Assembly (NCBI GenBank): GCA_963813025.1
Contig: CAWEXO010000001.1
Location: forward strand, 32,001 to 96,000
DNA length: 64,000 bases
Reading direction: 5' to 3'
Source: an uncultured Verrucomicrobiae bacterium
GTDB lineage: Bacteria > Verrucomicrobiota > Verrucomicrobiia > Chthoniobacterales > JAFAMB01
Shown here: positions 37,586-47,398 of the stretch, piece after piece
Numbering within the stretch: the first letter of the stretch is position 1
How the letters are laid out: each line of letters starts with the position of its first letter
Made by a program: the position numbers and the translations under genes
The notes under the pieces: model-generated
Seen by the model: only the letters and a program-made list of their open reading frames with translations
What the model was told of the DNA's origin: nothing
Database searches by the model: none

Positions 37586-38260
37586 ATGAGGCAAAGCAGA
37601 ATCCGGACGATAGCGTCGTCTTCAGGCGCCCGAAATCGTTCGCTCCTGCCGATCCTGCTTTTCTACCCTTTCCTCATGACCAGTTGCGATCAGAAGTTTG
37701 ACCAAATCGGCGGCAGCGCCGCACCCACCCCCAGCCAAAACGATTTGTCGCAGGGAAACCAAATTGCGTCGGTCGTGTCCGGCCAATCGCCCAGCACCCC
37801 CGACCTCCTTGGTGAACAGTGGAGGGGATATCGGGATACCGATCTGAACTCGTTGCAAGCGGCTCTCCCTGGCTATCTCAGATCTTATGGCGCCGATTAC
37901 ATCACGGCGGGACAACAATATAATATCGATCCTTTACTACTGGCGTCGATCACCGAGGAAGAATCAGGTAGCAGCAGTCCATCATACGCTTTCGCCAACC
38001 GGAATAACGCCATGGGGATCTCACCCGAGGATGGAGGTCCACGAAACTTCGATTCAGTGGGGGATAGTATCACGTATGCCGCGCGAATCTTGTCGAACCC
38101 GAATGGCGCTTACAAAAACGACTACACCATCCAACAGTTGTGGATGACCTATTCTCCTTCCGATGCGAAAAACGATCCAAATCACACCAACGGAGGGTGG
38201 GGGCCAGCCGTAGCGTCATTTTACAACAATCTACGAAAGGAAGTGCGAGGAGAACATTAA
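37586..38260 (+). CDS. Lipoprotein with lysozyme-like (glucosaminidase/SLT-type) peptidoglycan hydrolase domain
   Basis: Lipobox-like LMTSC; YNIDPLLLASITEEESG..NNAMGI..FDSVGDSI..TYSP..NDP..W. Confidence 0.7.
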   Translation: MRQSRIRTIASSSGARNRSLLPILLFYPFLMTSCDQKFDQIGGSAAPTPSQNDLSQGNQIASVVSGQSPSTPDLLGEQWRGYRDTDLNSLQAALPGYLRSYGADYITAGQQYNIDPLLLASITEEESGSSSPSYAFANRNNAMGISPEDGGPRNFDSVGDSITYAARILSNPNGAYKNDYTIQQLWMTYSPSDAKNDPNHTNGGWGPAVASFYNNLRKEVRGEH

Positions 38261-38263
38261 CGT

Positions 38264-38632
38264 ATGAAAAAATTTCTCTTAACACTGATGTTTGCGGCGT
38301 TTTCAGTCGCCTATGCGGCGGAAATAACATTCTATCAGCCGACGACGGTAACAGGAACCATCGATACTAGTTTAACGAAGAGGAATGAAGACTGGATCTG
38401 CCTTGATCTGCACGGACCTGTTCGCGGCAAAGTGTCTGCCGGGGATAAAATATATTCGGTAAGCGAACAACGTGCTGTGTTGCTCTACGCGCTCTCGGCC
38501 GATCAAATAAAGAAGCTTAAGGCAAGCAGCGGAAAACAAGCGCGGATTGTCGGCCAATTTGAGCCGGCTCCTTCGGATCGTTATCCAAGAGCGATCATCC
38601 TGACCGTCTCGGAAATCACTATTGTAAGATGA
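38264..38632 (+). CDS. Small secreted protein (DUF4431-like OB fold by eye)
   Basis: Clear Sec signal MKKFLLTLMFAAFSVAYA; starts 3 bp after the hydrolase stop. Confidence 0.7.
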   Translation: MKKFLLTLMFAAFSVAYAAEITFYQPTTVTGTIDTSLTKRNEDWICLDLHGPVRGKVSAGDKIYSVSEQRAVLLYALSADQIKKLKASSGKQARIVGQFEPAPSDRYPRAIILTVSEITIVR

Positions 38633-38789
38633 GCTTTCCAGAGCCTGTCAGGTTCCAGAATCGGCTTCCGACCAGTGAGTTGCTTGATTCGGAGGGAGCT
38701 GAGTTTCGGACCTTGGAAACTCGCAGCAGGCTCAAGCGATTGGGTAGGCGAGAGTTAGAGATCGTCTCACAGTGCGACACGGTCCCGTG

Positions 38790-38892
38790 CGGTAGGGCGA
38801 AAATTTTATTTGAGCCGTCCTGGATGGTGGTAACTCCAGCCTCCGGCTCAAACGAGTCCTCGCTGAGGCTCAAATAAATTTTCGCCCTACCG
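38790..38892. repeat. GTAG-type REP/MITE-like element, family A copy 1
   Basis: CGGTAGGGCGAAAATTT...AAATTTTCGCCCTACCG terminal inverted arms; homologous to 46198-46286 and 61358-61484. Confidence 0.85.
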
Positions 38893-38953
38893 ACACGGGG
38901 CCATGCGGCTTACGTGACGCGGACGAGCCGGCATCTTCCCTCGGTTTTTCCCG

Positions 38954-40786
38954 TCAAAACCGCCAAATCAGCGGCGTCACGAATGTGGCAAGCATCCAGG
39001 CGATGATGGCCATACCGAAGCCGATGGAAAGGTAATGTTTAAAACGATACCGGCCAGGACCCATCACCAGCATCGTGGTTTCGTGGGCTACGGGGGTGCA
39101 AAACGAGGTTGAAATACAAACCGCCAAGCCAACCATGAAGGGCTTCGGATCCCCGTGGCATTCGCGCGCGATTTGGTAGGCGATCGGCGCGAGAATGATT
39201 GCCGCAGCGGAATTTTCGATGATTTGCGTCAGCGTAACGGTCAATGCCAGCAACACGCCAAGAATCACATTCGCGCCGGCCCACTGAAAATTGGCGACGA
39301 TCGTATGAGCCAACGCGGCGGCGGCTCCCGTCTTTACTAGCGCCAGACCAACCGACATCATGCCGCCAACCGTCACCACCGCTTGCCAGTCGACCGACTT
39401 ATACGTGTCTGTTAATTTTACGCATCCTGAGAGGAGCACGGCGACGGCAGCCAGGGGAATGGAAAGCGCTGGGGGAAGAACGCCCGTGATGGCCGTCGCA
39501 ATGACAACACCCAGGATCAGTATTGTCAGGATGGCTTGCTTTCGGCCCGAGGTCGGGAAGTGTCGTTGGCTCAGCAAAATCAGATTCGGATTACGCTCAA
39601 GCCGTTCAACACCTGAATTGTGACCGAGCAAAAGCAAGGAGTCGCCGTATTCCAAGCGGGTAGCCGAAGGCCTCTCCTGAATTGCCTGCCCGTGCCGCGA
39701 AATGCCGAGCACGCTGAAACCATAGTCGCGACCGAAGTTCGTCTGCTGCATGGTGCGCCCCGTATATCTTGAGTTCGGGGAAAGCAACGCTTCGACGGTA
39801 ATCAGGTCGAGGCTTCGGAGCGTCTTCTCGCCGATCTTGACCTCCTCCATGAACTGGAAGTCAGGAGATTTCAGAAGCTTGCCAATCGTGGGAACGGCGC
39901 CTTGCATGATGAGCGCATCCCCGGGATGCAATTTCATCCAGCCATTGGGCGGCATCCTTTCACCTTGTCGGATGACACCCACAATGGTGACATCCTGCCG
40001 CTTGGCCCAGTCGAGCTGGTCAAGGGTTAATCCGACCGTGCTCGATTGCGGCGTCACCATCACCTCCGTCAAGTATTCTTTGCCGACTTCCTGTTCGAGC
40101 GATTGCACCTTCGCTTCCGGCAGAAATCGCCGTCCGACCAGAAAAAAGTAGATCGCGCAGCCCACGAAAACCGTGGCGGCAATCGGCGTGAAATCAAAGA
40201 AGCCGATCCCCTGGCCGGTTCGTTGGTGGAGCAGTTCGCTCACAATGATGTTGCTGCGTGTCCCGATCAGCGTCCATTGACCGCCGAGCGCTGCGCCATA
40301 GGCAATGCAAAGCAGGTAACGCGAGGGGGAGAGATCGCGCTCCCTGCACACCCCGAGAACGACCGGCAGGAAGACCAGGACGATCGTCGTCTCATTGATA
40401 AACATCGAAAAGGCAGCGGCAACTGACAGAACAGCGACCTGAAAGAGAAGTTCGTCGTGAGCACAGGCCCTGAACAAACGTCCCCCCAGCATCTCAGCTG
40501 CACCGGTGCGAACCATGGCGGCACCAAAGACGAACATGGCCGTAACCATAATCACGGCTACGCTGCCAAAGCCGGAGAACGCCTCCTGCGGGCTCAGAAT
40601 GGCCGACCACTCTCCGTTCGCTCTCGGCCAGGGAAGAGCCAGGGATAACATTACCAGTAAGGCGGTAATATCTGTCCGCAATTTCTGCGTCCAGAAAAGG
40701 CAAAGGGCTGCCCCCAGGATAAGCCCGACAATGATGAGTTCCGGTGTCACGGCCTTACCGGGTGGTATCATACTCGATCGTTTCAC
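38954..40786 (-). CDS. SLC13/DASS-family permease with TrkA-C domains
   Basis: AFSGFGS, TLIGTRSN, two TrkA-C-like repeats, SFCTPVAH..MGPGRYRF. Confidence 0.9.
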   Translation of the reverse strand: MKRSSMIPPGKAVTPELIIVGLILGAALCLFWTQKLRTDITALLVMLSLALPWPRANGEWSAILSPQEAFSGFGSVAVIMVTAMFVFGAAMVRTGAAEMLGGRLFRACAHDELLFQVAVLSVAAAFSMFINETTIVLVFLPVVLGVCRERDLSPSRYLLCIAYGAALGGQWTLIGTRSNIIVSELLHQRTGQGIGFFDFTPIAATVFVGCAIYFFLVGRRFLPEAKVQSLEQEVGKEYLTEVMVTPQSSTVGLTLDQLDWAKRQDVTIVGVIRQGERMPPNGWMKLHPGDALIMQGAVPTIGKLLKSPDFQFMEEVKIGEKTLRSLDLITVEALLSPNSRYTGRTMQQTNFGRDYGFSVLGISRHGQAIQERPSATRLEYGDSLLLLGHNSGVERLERNPNLILLSQRHFPTSGRKQAILTILILGVVIATAITGVLPPALSIPLAAVAVLLSGCVKLTDTYKSVDWQAVVTVGGMMSVGLALVKTGAAAALAHTIVANFQWAGANVILGVLLALTVTLTQIIENSAAAIILAPIAYQIARECHGDPKPFMVGLAVCISTSFCTPVAHETTMLVMGPGRYRFKHYLSIGFGMAIIAWMLATFVTPLIWRF

Positions 40787-40896
40787 CGCACACGATAGGT
40801 TTTCGCGGTTGGCGATGGATCATTGTCCTCTCGCCGGCAGAGCATCCAATCTGGATCGGAGGCAATCGGGAAGACAGGGTTCCGCTCCCCTATGTT

Positions 40897-40913
40897 ATGT
40901 CGTAACCCGATAC
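40897..40913. promoter_or_regulatory. Palindromic operator copy 1 (ATATCG-N5-CGATAT type)
   Basis: ATGTCG TAACC CGATAC upstream of the SLC13 gene. Confidence 0.55.
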
Positions 40914-41335
40914 ATATAATCGAATATTCGAGGCTTCTCGCTGTCAAATGATATAAGCCTCCGCGGGAGGATCTGACTTCCTTGCAGATCCGAGTCCCCG
41001 CGCCCTGGATCCGCTGCTAATCGGCGAACTCCAGCAGGATCAGCAGCGCAAATTCTTCGTGATCGACCAATTCGACCTCACTGCAGCGGAGCAGTACCTT
41101 GCCGACGAATTTGCAACCAGCCTGCAGAGTTGATGCCGGGCCAACCAGGAATGCACCATCGCAAGATGACTTTCCCGGAGGAGTTCCACGCGTGACAACC
41201 GAGTCGCTCGGTTATTTCGAAAAAGAGTCGCAGTACGATACAGACGGTTCCAGCGCGATGCCCACTTCCAGCGCTGCGTCACGCTGTTCCCGAACCCACC
41301 AGGTTTAACGACCAGTTAACCTTCGGTTATTATAT

Positions 41336-41352
41336 ATATCGCTATACGACAT
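41336..41352. promoter_or_regulatory. Palindromic operator copy 2
   Basis: ATATCG CTATA CGACAT upstream of the membrane protein gene. Confidence 0.55.
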
Positions 41353-41409
41353 TTATTTGCAAATAAACATTAGAAGGCGTATCTTGCGATGGAAAGGAGG
41401 TGAAGTGAT

Positions 41410-42069
41410 ATGGCGATAGAGACCATGAGCCCGGCTCATCTTCATGAGCATGCGCGGCAATGGGAGCACACGACCTGGACCACCGAACTGCTGCTCGCCT
41501 GCGGAGTAGTCGTCCTGTCAATCCTGGGGATCGTCGGCGTGTTCCGGATCGATCTGGCGGCCATTGCGGTCATTGGACTAGGCGCTCTCTTACTCTTCCA
41601 AGGTGCGAACGTAGTGTTACGCTACACCGCGCTTCTTCATGAAGCCGGGGCCAGCGACCAGGTTCGCGCGGCGGAAGTCAGTCGAGGGATTGCAGCAGAG
41701 TTCCTGGCCGGTTTGGCCGGTATTGTCCTGGGCATCCTGGCGCTGTTAAGAATTGCACCACTGACGCTGATGTCGGTCGCCGTGATCATTTACGGTGGCA
41801 CGCTGTTGCTGACCAGTGGCGAGTCGATCTGGCTTACCTTTTTCAGCGGGGAGAATGAGGTAGTGCGCCAACTCATGCACTCGATGAGCATGGCCGCCGC
41901 GGGAGCACAGGTGCTTGTCGGACTGGCGGCTCTGGTGCTGGGCATTCTGGGAGTGATCGGCATCGTACCGATCATGCTGATCCTGGTCGCACTGCTCGCA
42001 AGCGGCGCGTCCATCCTGTTGCGCGGTTCGTTCGTGGGCGGGTTCTTGCTGGATTTCCTCCGCATGTAA
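41410..42069 (+). CDS. Multi-pass membrane protein with three internal repeats
   Basis: Repeated E/Q-xLxG-xxxxVLxILG/A helical hairpin units; RBS AAGGAGGT. Confidence 0.85.
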   Translation: MAIETMSPAHLHEHARQWEHTTWTTELLLACGVVVLSILGIVGVFRIDLAAIAVIGLGALLLFQGANVVLRYTALLHEAGASDQVRAAEVSRGIAAEFLAGLAGIVLGILALLRIAPLTLMSVAVIIYGGTLLLTSGESIWLTFFSGENEVVRQLMHSMSMAAAGAQVLVGLAALVLGILGVIGIVPIMLILVALLASGASILLRGSFVGGFLLDFLRM

Positions 42070-42083
42070 TCCGGCCCATTACC

Positions 42084-42120
42084 TAATGCCGCGGGCGACC
42101 TAGTGTCACCCGCGGCATTA
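42084..42120. terminator. Stem-loop after the membrane protein gene
   Basis: TAATGCCGCGGG...CCCGCGGCATTA. Confidence 0.6.
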
Positions 42121-42157
42121 ATCCGCAGAATAAAATTGAGCGATAAGACTCGATTTG

Positions 42158-42174
42158 CTATCGCTTTGCGATAG
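42158..42174. promoter_or_regulatory. Palindromic operator copy 3
   Basis: CTATCG CTTTG CGATAG upstream of the MarR gene. Confidence 0.55.
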
Positions 42175-42218
42175 ATAGGACGCCTCGGCGGATCTTCCGC
42201 CGGCGGATCCCACGCTCT

Positions 42219-42671
42219 ATGCCAGCCCGTCCTCAATTCCGCCGGAACGCTAAACTCAGCAAAGCCCAGTACGAGCGCCTCGCCGCCTTTCGTTATCATC
42301 TGCGGCAATTTCTGCATTTCAGCGAAGTAGCCGCGCGGAACGCCGGACTTAGCCCACGGCAATATCAGGCCTTGCTGGCCATTAAGGGTTTTCCTGGCCG
42401 CGAAAGCATCACCGTCGGCGAGTTGGCTGAACAATTGCACATCGCTCACCATAGCGCGGTAGGATTGGTGGACCGCTCGGTGGCTCAGAACTTAATCACT
42501 CGCAAACAAGGCGTCGAGGATCGACGCCAAGTCTACATTACCCTGACTAAGCGCGGTTCGAAAACTCTGGAACAACTCTCCGGCGCTCATCGGGCGGAGA
42601 TCCGCCGGCTCGGTCCCCGGTTGGAACTACTCCTGGAGAGTCTCATGGACCGGAATCGCCGAACGGTTTAA
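42219..42671 (+). CDS. MarR-family transcriptional regulator
   Basis: GLSPRQYQALL..TVGELAEQL..HHSAVGLVDR..EDRRQVYITLTKRG. Confidence 0.92.
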   Translation: MPARPQFRRNAKLSKAQYERLAAFRYHLRQFLHFSEVAARNAGLSPRQYQALLAIKGFPGRESITVGELAEQLHIAHHSAVGLVDRSVAQNLITRKQGVEDRRQVYITLTKRGSKTLEQLSGAHRAEIRRLGPRLELLLESLMDRNRRTV

Positions 42672-42697
42672 CGCCGACGCGACGCCGGACGGACCGC

Positions 42698-43137
42698 TCA
42701 ATGAGTCCACGCCTCTACCGTGCGAGCGATTTGCCGGGCGAAATGACCAATTTGGGTGAATTGCTCGATCATATCGGAAGCCAGACTGAAGCTCACGACG
42801 CCTTTTCTATCCGCGAGGTTTAGCTTGGCGAGAAGGCTTTGCCGAGCCGATGCCGCCAGATCTTGGATTGTCTTTTTCGCAGCGATTACCGCCCCGTTTG
42901 ACCCGGCTCGACCCGGCCGACCGCGCCAATCGCTTGTTCGAGATTCTGGACGACAGCATCAGCAAACGCTGACGTATGTTCGTCCTTCAGCGGCATTAGA
43001 TCGATGCCTTTGGCCAGTCTTTGCTGACCGAGAGAAGCCAGCGTGGTCGTGACGAGATCGCTCAAGGCTTCCATGGTGCTGGCGATTTGCGCGGTGATCA
43101 GCGCCAACATCCGCGCTGGATTCAACTCATTCGACAT
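42698..43137 (-). pseudogene. Probable C-terminal PhoU-like remnant of a Na/Pi cotransporter
   Basis: ORF 42886..43137 continues after a frameshift as VIAAKKTIQDLAASARQ...DMIEQFTQIGHFARQIARTV; no membrane domain upstream. Confidence 0.45.
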
Positions 43138-43351
43138 TGGGGCTGAGAAGACTGTAAACTCACGGGCACAGACGCCTTACTGACGACGGAATTGCCATGA
43201 ATCAGGGATGACAGAATCTTTGTCGAGATCTTTTTTTTACTCGAAGATTGATACCGTTAGGAGTACAGGTGCACTAGTCTTCCAAAGAGATCTGGGCCAG
43301 TACAAGGCCGTCCTACAGATAGTTTGCCGTCCCTCAGGAAAGATCGAAAAG

Positions 43352-44083
43352 ATGAGAAGCGATCTGTTTAACAAATTCACTCATTACGTTCAGTCGTTGT
43401 CGGCCATACCCCTGGAAAAGCAGCGCTATGGACTTCCGGCAATCACGATTTCACGGGAAACCGGAGCCGGCGCAGTCTCGATCGGTAAACTGCTGATCGA
43501 CCTGCTGACCAGGGAAAATCGTGGTCCCGCAGAGCCGCCGTGGACCCTGCTGGACCAGAATCTGGCCGAGAAAGTAGTCGAAGACCACCTCCTGCCGCCA
43601 CGTCTTGTGCAGTACATGGAGGAGGATGCAAAATTTCCTTTGACCGACGCGGTGGAGCAGATCCTGGGACTACATCCGGCCTCCTGGTCCTTGGTGCAGT
43701 ACACGACCCAGAGTATTCTCCGCTTGGCGGCGATCGGGCACGTCATAGTCGTCGGGCGTGGATCAAGTTTTATCACGGCGAAGCTGGCGAATGTGCTGCA
43801 CGTCCGGCTGGTGGCGCCATTTAGCAAGCGCGTTCAATATATGGCCGAAGATCGGAAGCTAACGGCCAAGGAAGCAGCTGACTATGTTCACCGGACCGAT
43901 CAGGCCCGGAAACGCTATGTCCGCAATTACTTTAACGCCGGGGTTGACGATCCGCTCGCCTATCACTTGACGATTAACACCGGAGCAGTCAGTTACGCCC
44001 ATTCAGCCGAAATTATTGCCGAGGCACTGGCGCACCACGTTCACGGCGGCAGAGCCAGGAATGAGCAGGAAGCAGTCGCTTAG
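43352..44083 (+). CDS. Cytidylate kinase-like family protein
   Basis: ITISRETGAG, VIVVGRGS, LHVRLVAP, DPLAYHLTINT. Confidence 0.88.
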   Translation: MRSDLFNKFTHYVQSLSAIPLEKQRYGLPAITISRETGAGAVSIGKLLIDLLTRENRGPAEPPWTLLDQNLAEKVVEDHLLPPRLVQYMEEDAKFPLTDAVEQILGLHPASWSLVQYTTQSILRLAAIGHVIVVGRGSSFITAKLANVLHVRLVAPFSKRVQYMAEDRKLTAKEAADYVHRTDQARKRYVRNYFNAGVDDPLAYHLTINTGAVSYAHSAEIIAEALAHHVHGGRARNEQEAVA

Positions 44084-44106
44084 AATCCCCGAAGAGAACG
44101 TTGGCA

Positions 44107-45840
44107 TTACGTTACCGGCACGGCGGATTCGACCAAGAAAGGCATGAAATCAGCGATATTGAGAACATGGTCGTGAAAATTACGAAGCGTATTTCTGTGG
44201 CCGACGCTCACCACCGTTGGCTTCCACGGCGCAGCCCGGAGCAGCCGATAAAGATGCGCTTCTGAATGCTCGTCGAGCGCGGAAGTAGCCTCATCGAGGA
44301 AGACAAGCGCCGGCTCATCCAGGAGGATCCGAGCGAACGCCAGGCGTTGCTGCTCACCGAGGGACAGGCGCTGAGACCAGTTTTGGACGGTATCCAACTC
44401 ACCGGCGAGCGCGCGAAGCCCCACTTTTTCAAGCACTGCCGTCAATTTGGTCTTGGACAAGCCGTTCTGATTCTCGCTCGGATAACGCAATGCTCGGGCC
44501 AGAGAGCCCAGCGGCAAGTATGGCCGCTGCGGCAGGAAGAGCACCTTCCTTTCGCTGAGTTTTATTTCGCCTCGTCCGAAAGGCCAGATCCCGGCGAGCG
44601 CCCGCAAGAGGGTGCTCTTCCCGGCACCGGTCGGGCCAACAACCAGGACCGCCTCTCCCGGATCTACGTCGAAATGGACGTCGCGTAGAAGAGGCTTACC
44701 ATCCGGCAGATCGAGATCGACGCTTTCGACTTCCGCACCGGCGCCCTGCCGCTGAATGACGATATGCCGTGGGGCACGAGCGGCCTCATGAATTGGCTTC
44801 AGGCGCTGCTCAAAACCTGTTAATCGTTCAGTCACGGCCTGCCAAGCAGCAATGTCGCTGTACGAAGTGACAATGAAGGACAGGGATGTTTGTACACTGG
44901 AGAATGCATTGACCACTTGCATGAGGCCGCCCAGGCCAATTTGCTTGGCGAAATATCGCGGAGCGACCACGACTACCGGGAAAATGATCGCGATCTGGCC
45001 ATAGCCAGCCGTAAACCAGGTCAGGCGCTTTTGGCGCTTCATGATCCGGCAAAAGTTTTGATAGAGGCTTTTGAAACGCTCCTGAAAGACGTTGAGTTCG
45101 ACCGGTTCGCCGCCATAAAGAGCAACACCCTCAGAGTTTTCGCGCAAACGCACCAAACTGAACCGGAAGTCTGCCTCGAAGCGCTGCTGGGCGAAGTTCA
45201 ACGGCACCAGAGGCCGGCCGATCTTTACTGTCAGCCAGGTACCGATGCCGGCATAGACCAACGCGGCCCATACCAGGTAGGCCGGGATCGTGATTGTCCC
45301 CCACGGGCCCAGCGGGATCTGCGCCGGTCCGGATAGTCCCCAAAGAATGAAGAGGAACGAGCCGAGCGAGACAACCGAAGTGAGGAGACCAAGCGACAAG
45401 CTTAACGTGTAACTGGTGAACTGGTTGAGATCTTCCGAGATACGTTGATCGGGGTTGTCGGTTGTATTCCCAAGCTGCAATTGGTAAAAGGCGCGATTGG
45501 CCAGCCAGGCGCCGAGATAGCGGTTCGTCAACCAGCGTCGCCAGCGTATCTGGAGCATCTGGTTCAGGTACAGAGCGTATACCGCCATTACAATAGCGAA
45601 GCCGGCTAGAACGCAGAAGATGCCGAGTTGACGAAAGAACTCGCCGGCATTGAACGTCTGGAGCGCATTGTAGAAGGCGTTGTTCCAGGAATTGATTCGG
45701 ACACTGATGTAGACATTCCCGAGATTGAGCGCTACAACGGCGAGGAGGAGTCCCCAAGCCGACCATTTCTCTTCGGACGTCCAGTAAGACCGGGCGATTC
45801 GCCACGCATCCGGTATTGCGCTTCGCTTTGCCTGATCCAT
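44107..45840 (-). CDS. ABC transporter permease/ATPase fusion (YddA/SbmA-BacA-like)
   Basis: DNPDQRISED, QQRFEADFRFSLVRLRENSE, GPTGAGKST, LSLGEQQR, LDEATSALD; start taken at MDQAKRS. Confidence 0.92.
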   Translation of the reverse strand: MDQAKRSAIPDAWRIARSYWTSEEKWSAWGLLLAVVALNLGNVYISVRINSWNNAFYNALQTFNAGEFFRQLGIFCVLAGFAIVMAVYALYLNQMLQIRWRRWLTNRYLGAWLANRAFYQLQLGNTTDNPDQRISEDLNQFTSYTLSLSLGLLTSVVSLGSFLFILWGLSGPAQIPLGPWGTITIPAYLVWAALVYAGIGTWLTVKIGRPLVPLNFAQQRFEADFRFSLVRLRENSEGVALYGGEPVELNVFQERFKSLYQNFCRIMKRQKRLTWFTAGYGQIAIIFPVVVVAPRYFAKQIGLGGLMQVVNAFSSVQTSLSFIVTSYSDIAAWQAVTERLTGFEQRLKPIHEAARAPRHIVIQRQGAGAEVESVDLDLPDGKPLLRDVHFDVDPGEAVLVVGPTGAGKSTLLRALAGIWPFGRGEIKLSERKVLFLPQRPYLPLGSLARALRYPSENQNGLSKTKLTAVLEKVGLRALAGELDTVQNWSQRLSLGEQQRLAFARILLDEPALVFLDEATSALDEHSEAHLYRLLRAAPWKPTVVSVGHRNTLRNFHDHVLNIADFMPFLVESAVPVT

Positions 45841-46029
45841 AGAGAAAATCCATTCCGGTTCCGGGCCAGTACCTTGGATGGCCGTCAATGGTTTCAAGAG
45901 CATGCATAGAACGCCGGAATGACTGGATCCTGTCTCGACAATTACAAAGCCGAAAGGTTTGATGGTTATGCAGTGACCATTGAATGCGATCTGTTGGTCG
46001 GACGATAATCCAGTGAATGTCTCACCCAA

Positions 46030-46490
46030 GCGCCAGGCGAGAACTTGTTTGAGCCTTGGGCGAAGACTCATTCGAGACAGAGCCCAACCAGCGCACGCTA
46101 CGTCGGCCCAGACAAGTTCTCGCTAAGGCTCCTCCTAAAGCTTCGGCGGACGCGTCGGATGAAGAGAGTGTCTCGCAACATGGACTCGGCCCTGGTCCGG
46201 CAGGGCGAAAATTTAGCCGAGCCTCAGCGAGGATTCGTTTGAGCCGGAGGCTGGAGTTACCACCATCCAGGACGGCTCAAATAAAAAGAGTGTCTCGCAA
46301 CACCCATGGTCGGTAGGGGCAAGCTCCCGCTTGACCTCCTTAGCGTTGGATCACGTCTCGATCTGGACGAGCAGGCCGCCTCCGCAAGGCTACGGCGCGC
46401 CCTTCAGTCAAGCCTTTGTGCCATTCCATATCCGGGCCGCGACGAAGGCTTGTCTGTAGTCGGGAGCTCATCCAGGAGCTCATCCCTATC
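46030..46490. repeat. Composite REP/MITE cluster (family A copy 2 plus family B copy 1)
   Basis: 46198-46286 is the reverse complement of 38806-38892; 46311-46486 is homologous in reverse to 61570-61741; AGAGTGTCTCGCAACA occurs twice. Confidence 0.8.
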
Positions 46491-46727
46491 ACTCCTCGTC
46501 CTTGACGCCACTCGGAAAGCGGCTCGAATAAAATTTTCCGCCCTTCCGGTACAGGGCCAAGAAACTGTCCGCAACAGGGCTCCTTACATTGCCAGTGACC
46601 AGATGATTTATTCCAGGATTAACCTAAAACGCAGCCCCTTGACCTGAGCGCCAGCGGATCGTTAGGAAACTGTTCGTTTGACTAAGATTCCAATCCTTAT
46701 TACTCACATGCGCGAAACCTACCTCGG

Positions 46728-46898
46728 ATGAAGAAGCTTTTCCTCGTTGTGTTGCTTGTTGGATCGGTCGGATGCGAACGGCATCCCGTCAGCCAGTTGC
46801 CTGAATCGCGTGACCAAACGAGAACGCCGAGCTCTTCTCCGTCTCCCACTCCGCAGAGTTCCGCGAGCGCGACGCCGCCAACCTATTTCCCGAAGTGA
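46728..46898 (+). CDS. Small 56-aa lipoprotein
   Basis: MKKLFLVVLLVGSVGC lipobox, Ser/Pro/Thr-rich body; stop overlaps the GTG of the next gene. Confidence 0.7.
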   Translation: MKKLFLVVLLVGSVGCERHPVSQLPESRDQTRTPSSSPSPTPQSSASATPPTYFPK

Positions 46899-47308
46899 GC
46901 GCGCGGCTCGCCGTGGCGAAGTGGTGGAAAGCTAGATGCCACAGCTTACAGGCAGCGCGTCGGGGAGCGTTTCTCCTCGTGCGCTCCGAGGCGAACGTAC
47001 CTCTGGTGATCGTCGGCGTACTGGCGGCGATCGTCCTTGCCATCGTTCTCGGTTTTTCGCCGGTAGAATGGGCGATTTTGATCGCGACGATCTCTCATGT
47101 CGTCGTGGCGGAAGCCGTGAACGCTGCCTTGGAGCGTTGGATCGATTTGGCAAAACCGGATTGGCACCCCGCCGCTCGTGACGCAAAAGATTTGGCCGCT
47201 GGAGCGGTGCTGCTCTCAGTCCTTGCCTCGTTGCTGATTGGTCTCGCCCTCTTCGGTCCGAAGGTTTGGCACCTCTGCGCTGGGCGCCTGGTCCCGAGTC
47301 CCGGGTAG
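46895..47308 (+). CDS. dgkA: Diacylglycerol/undecaprenol kinase family protein
   Basis: AEAVNAALERWID..AKDLAAGAVL. Confidence 0.85.
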   Translation: MSARLAVAKWWKARCHSLQAARRGAFLLVRSEANVPLVIVGVLAAIVLAIVLGFSPVEWAILIATISHVVVAEAVNAALERWIDLAKPDWHPAARDAKDLAAGAVLLSVLASLLIGLALFGPKVWHLCAGRLVPSPG

Positions 47309-47392
47309 CGAGTCCCGGGTAGAGTCCCGAGTGCCGAATTGCCAGCCGGCCGCTGCGAGTTTCCTGAACTCCTGCAACTCCTGAACTCCTCT
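47290..47392. repeat. Degenerate heptamer (GAGTCCC-like) and 9-mer (ACTCCTGAA-like) tandem repeats
   Basis: Seen directly between convergent dgkA and mutS; related heptamer runs at 33508-33530 and 54086-54134. Confidence 0.6.
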
Positions 47393-47398
47393 TCCGAT

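Noticed and set aside
40960..41310. Possible gene remnants between the SLC13 and membrane protein genes
   Set aside because: Short protein-like stretches (e.g. DPLLIGELQQDQQRKFFVIDQFD) but no family I can name and no clear start
45841..46647. N-terminal extension of the ABC transporter and small ORFs at 46045-46647
   Set aside because: They overlap REP/MITE repeats or lack family similarity; likely spurious
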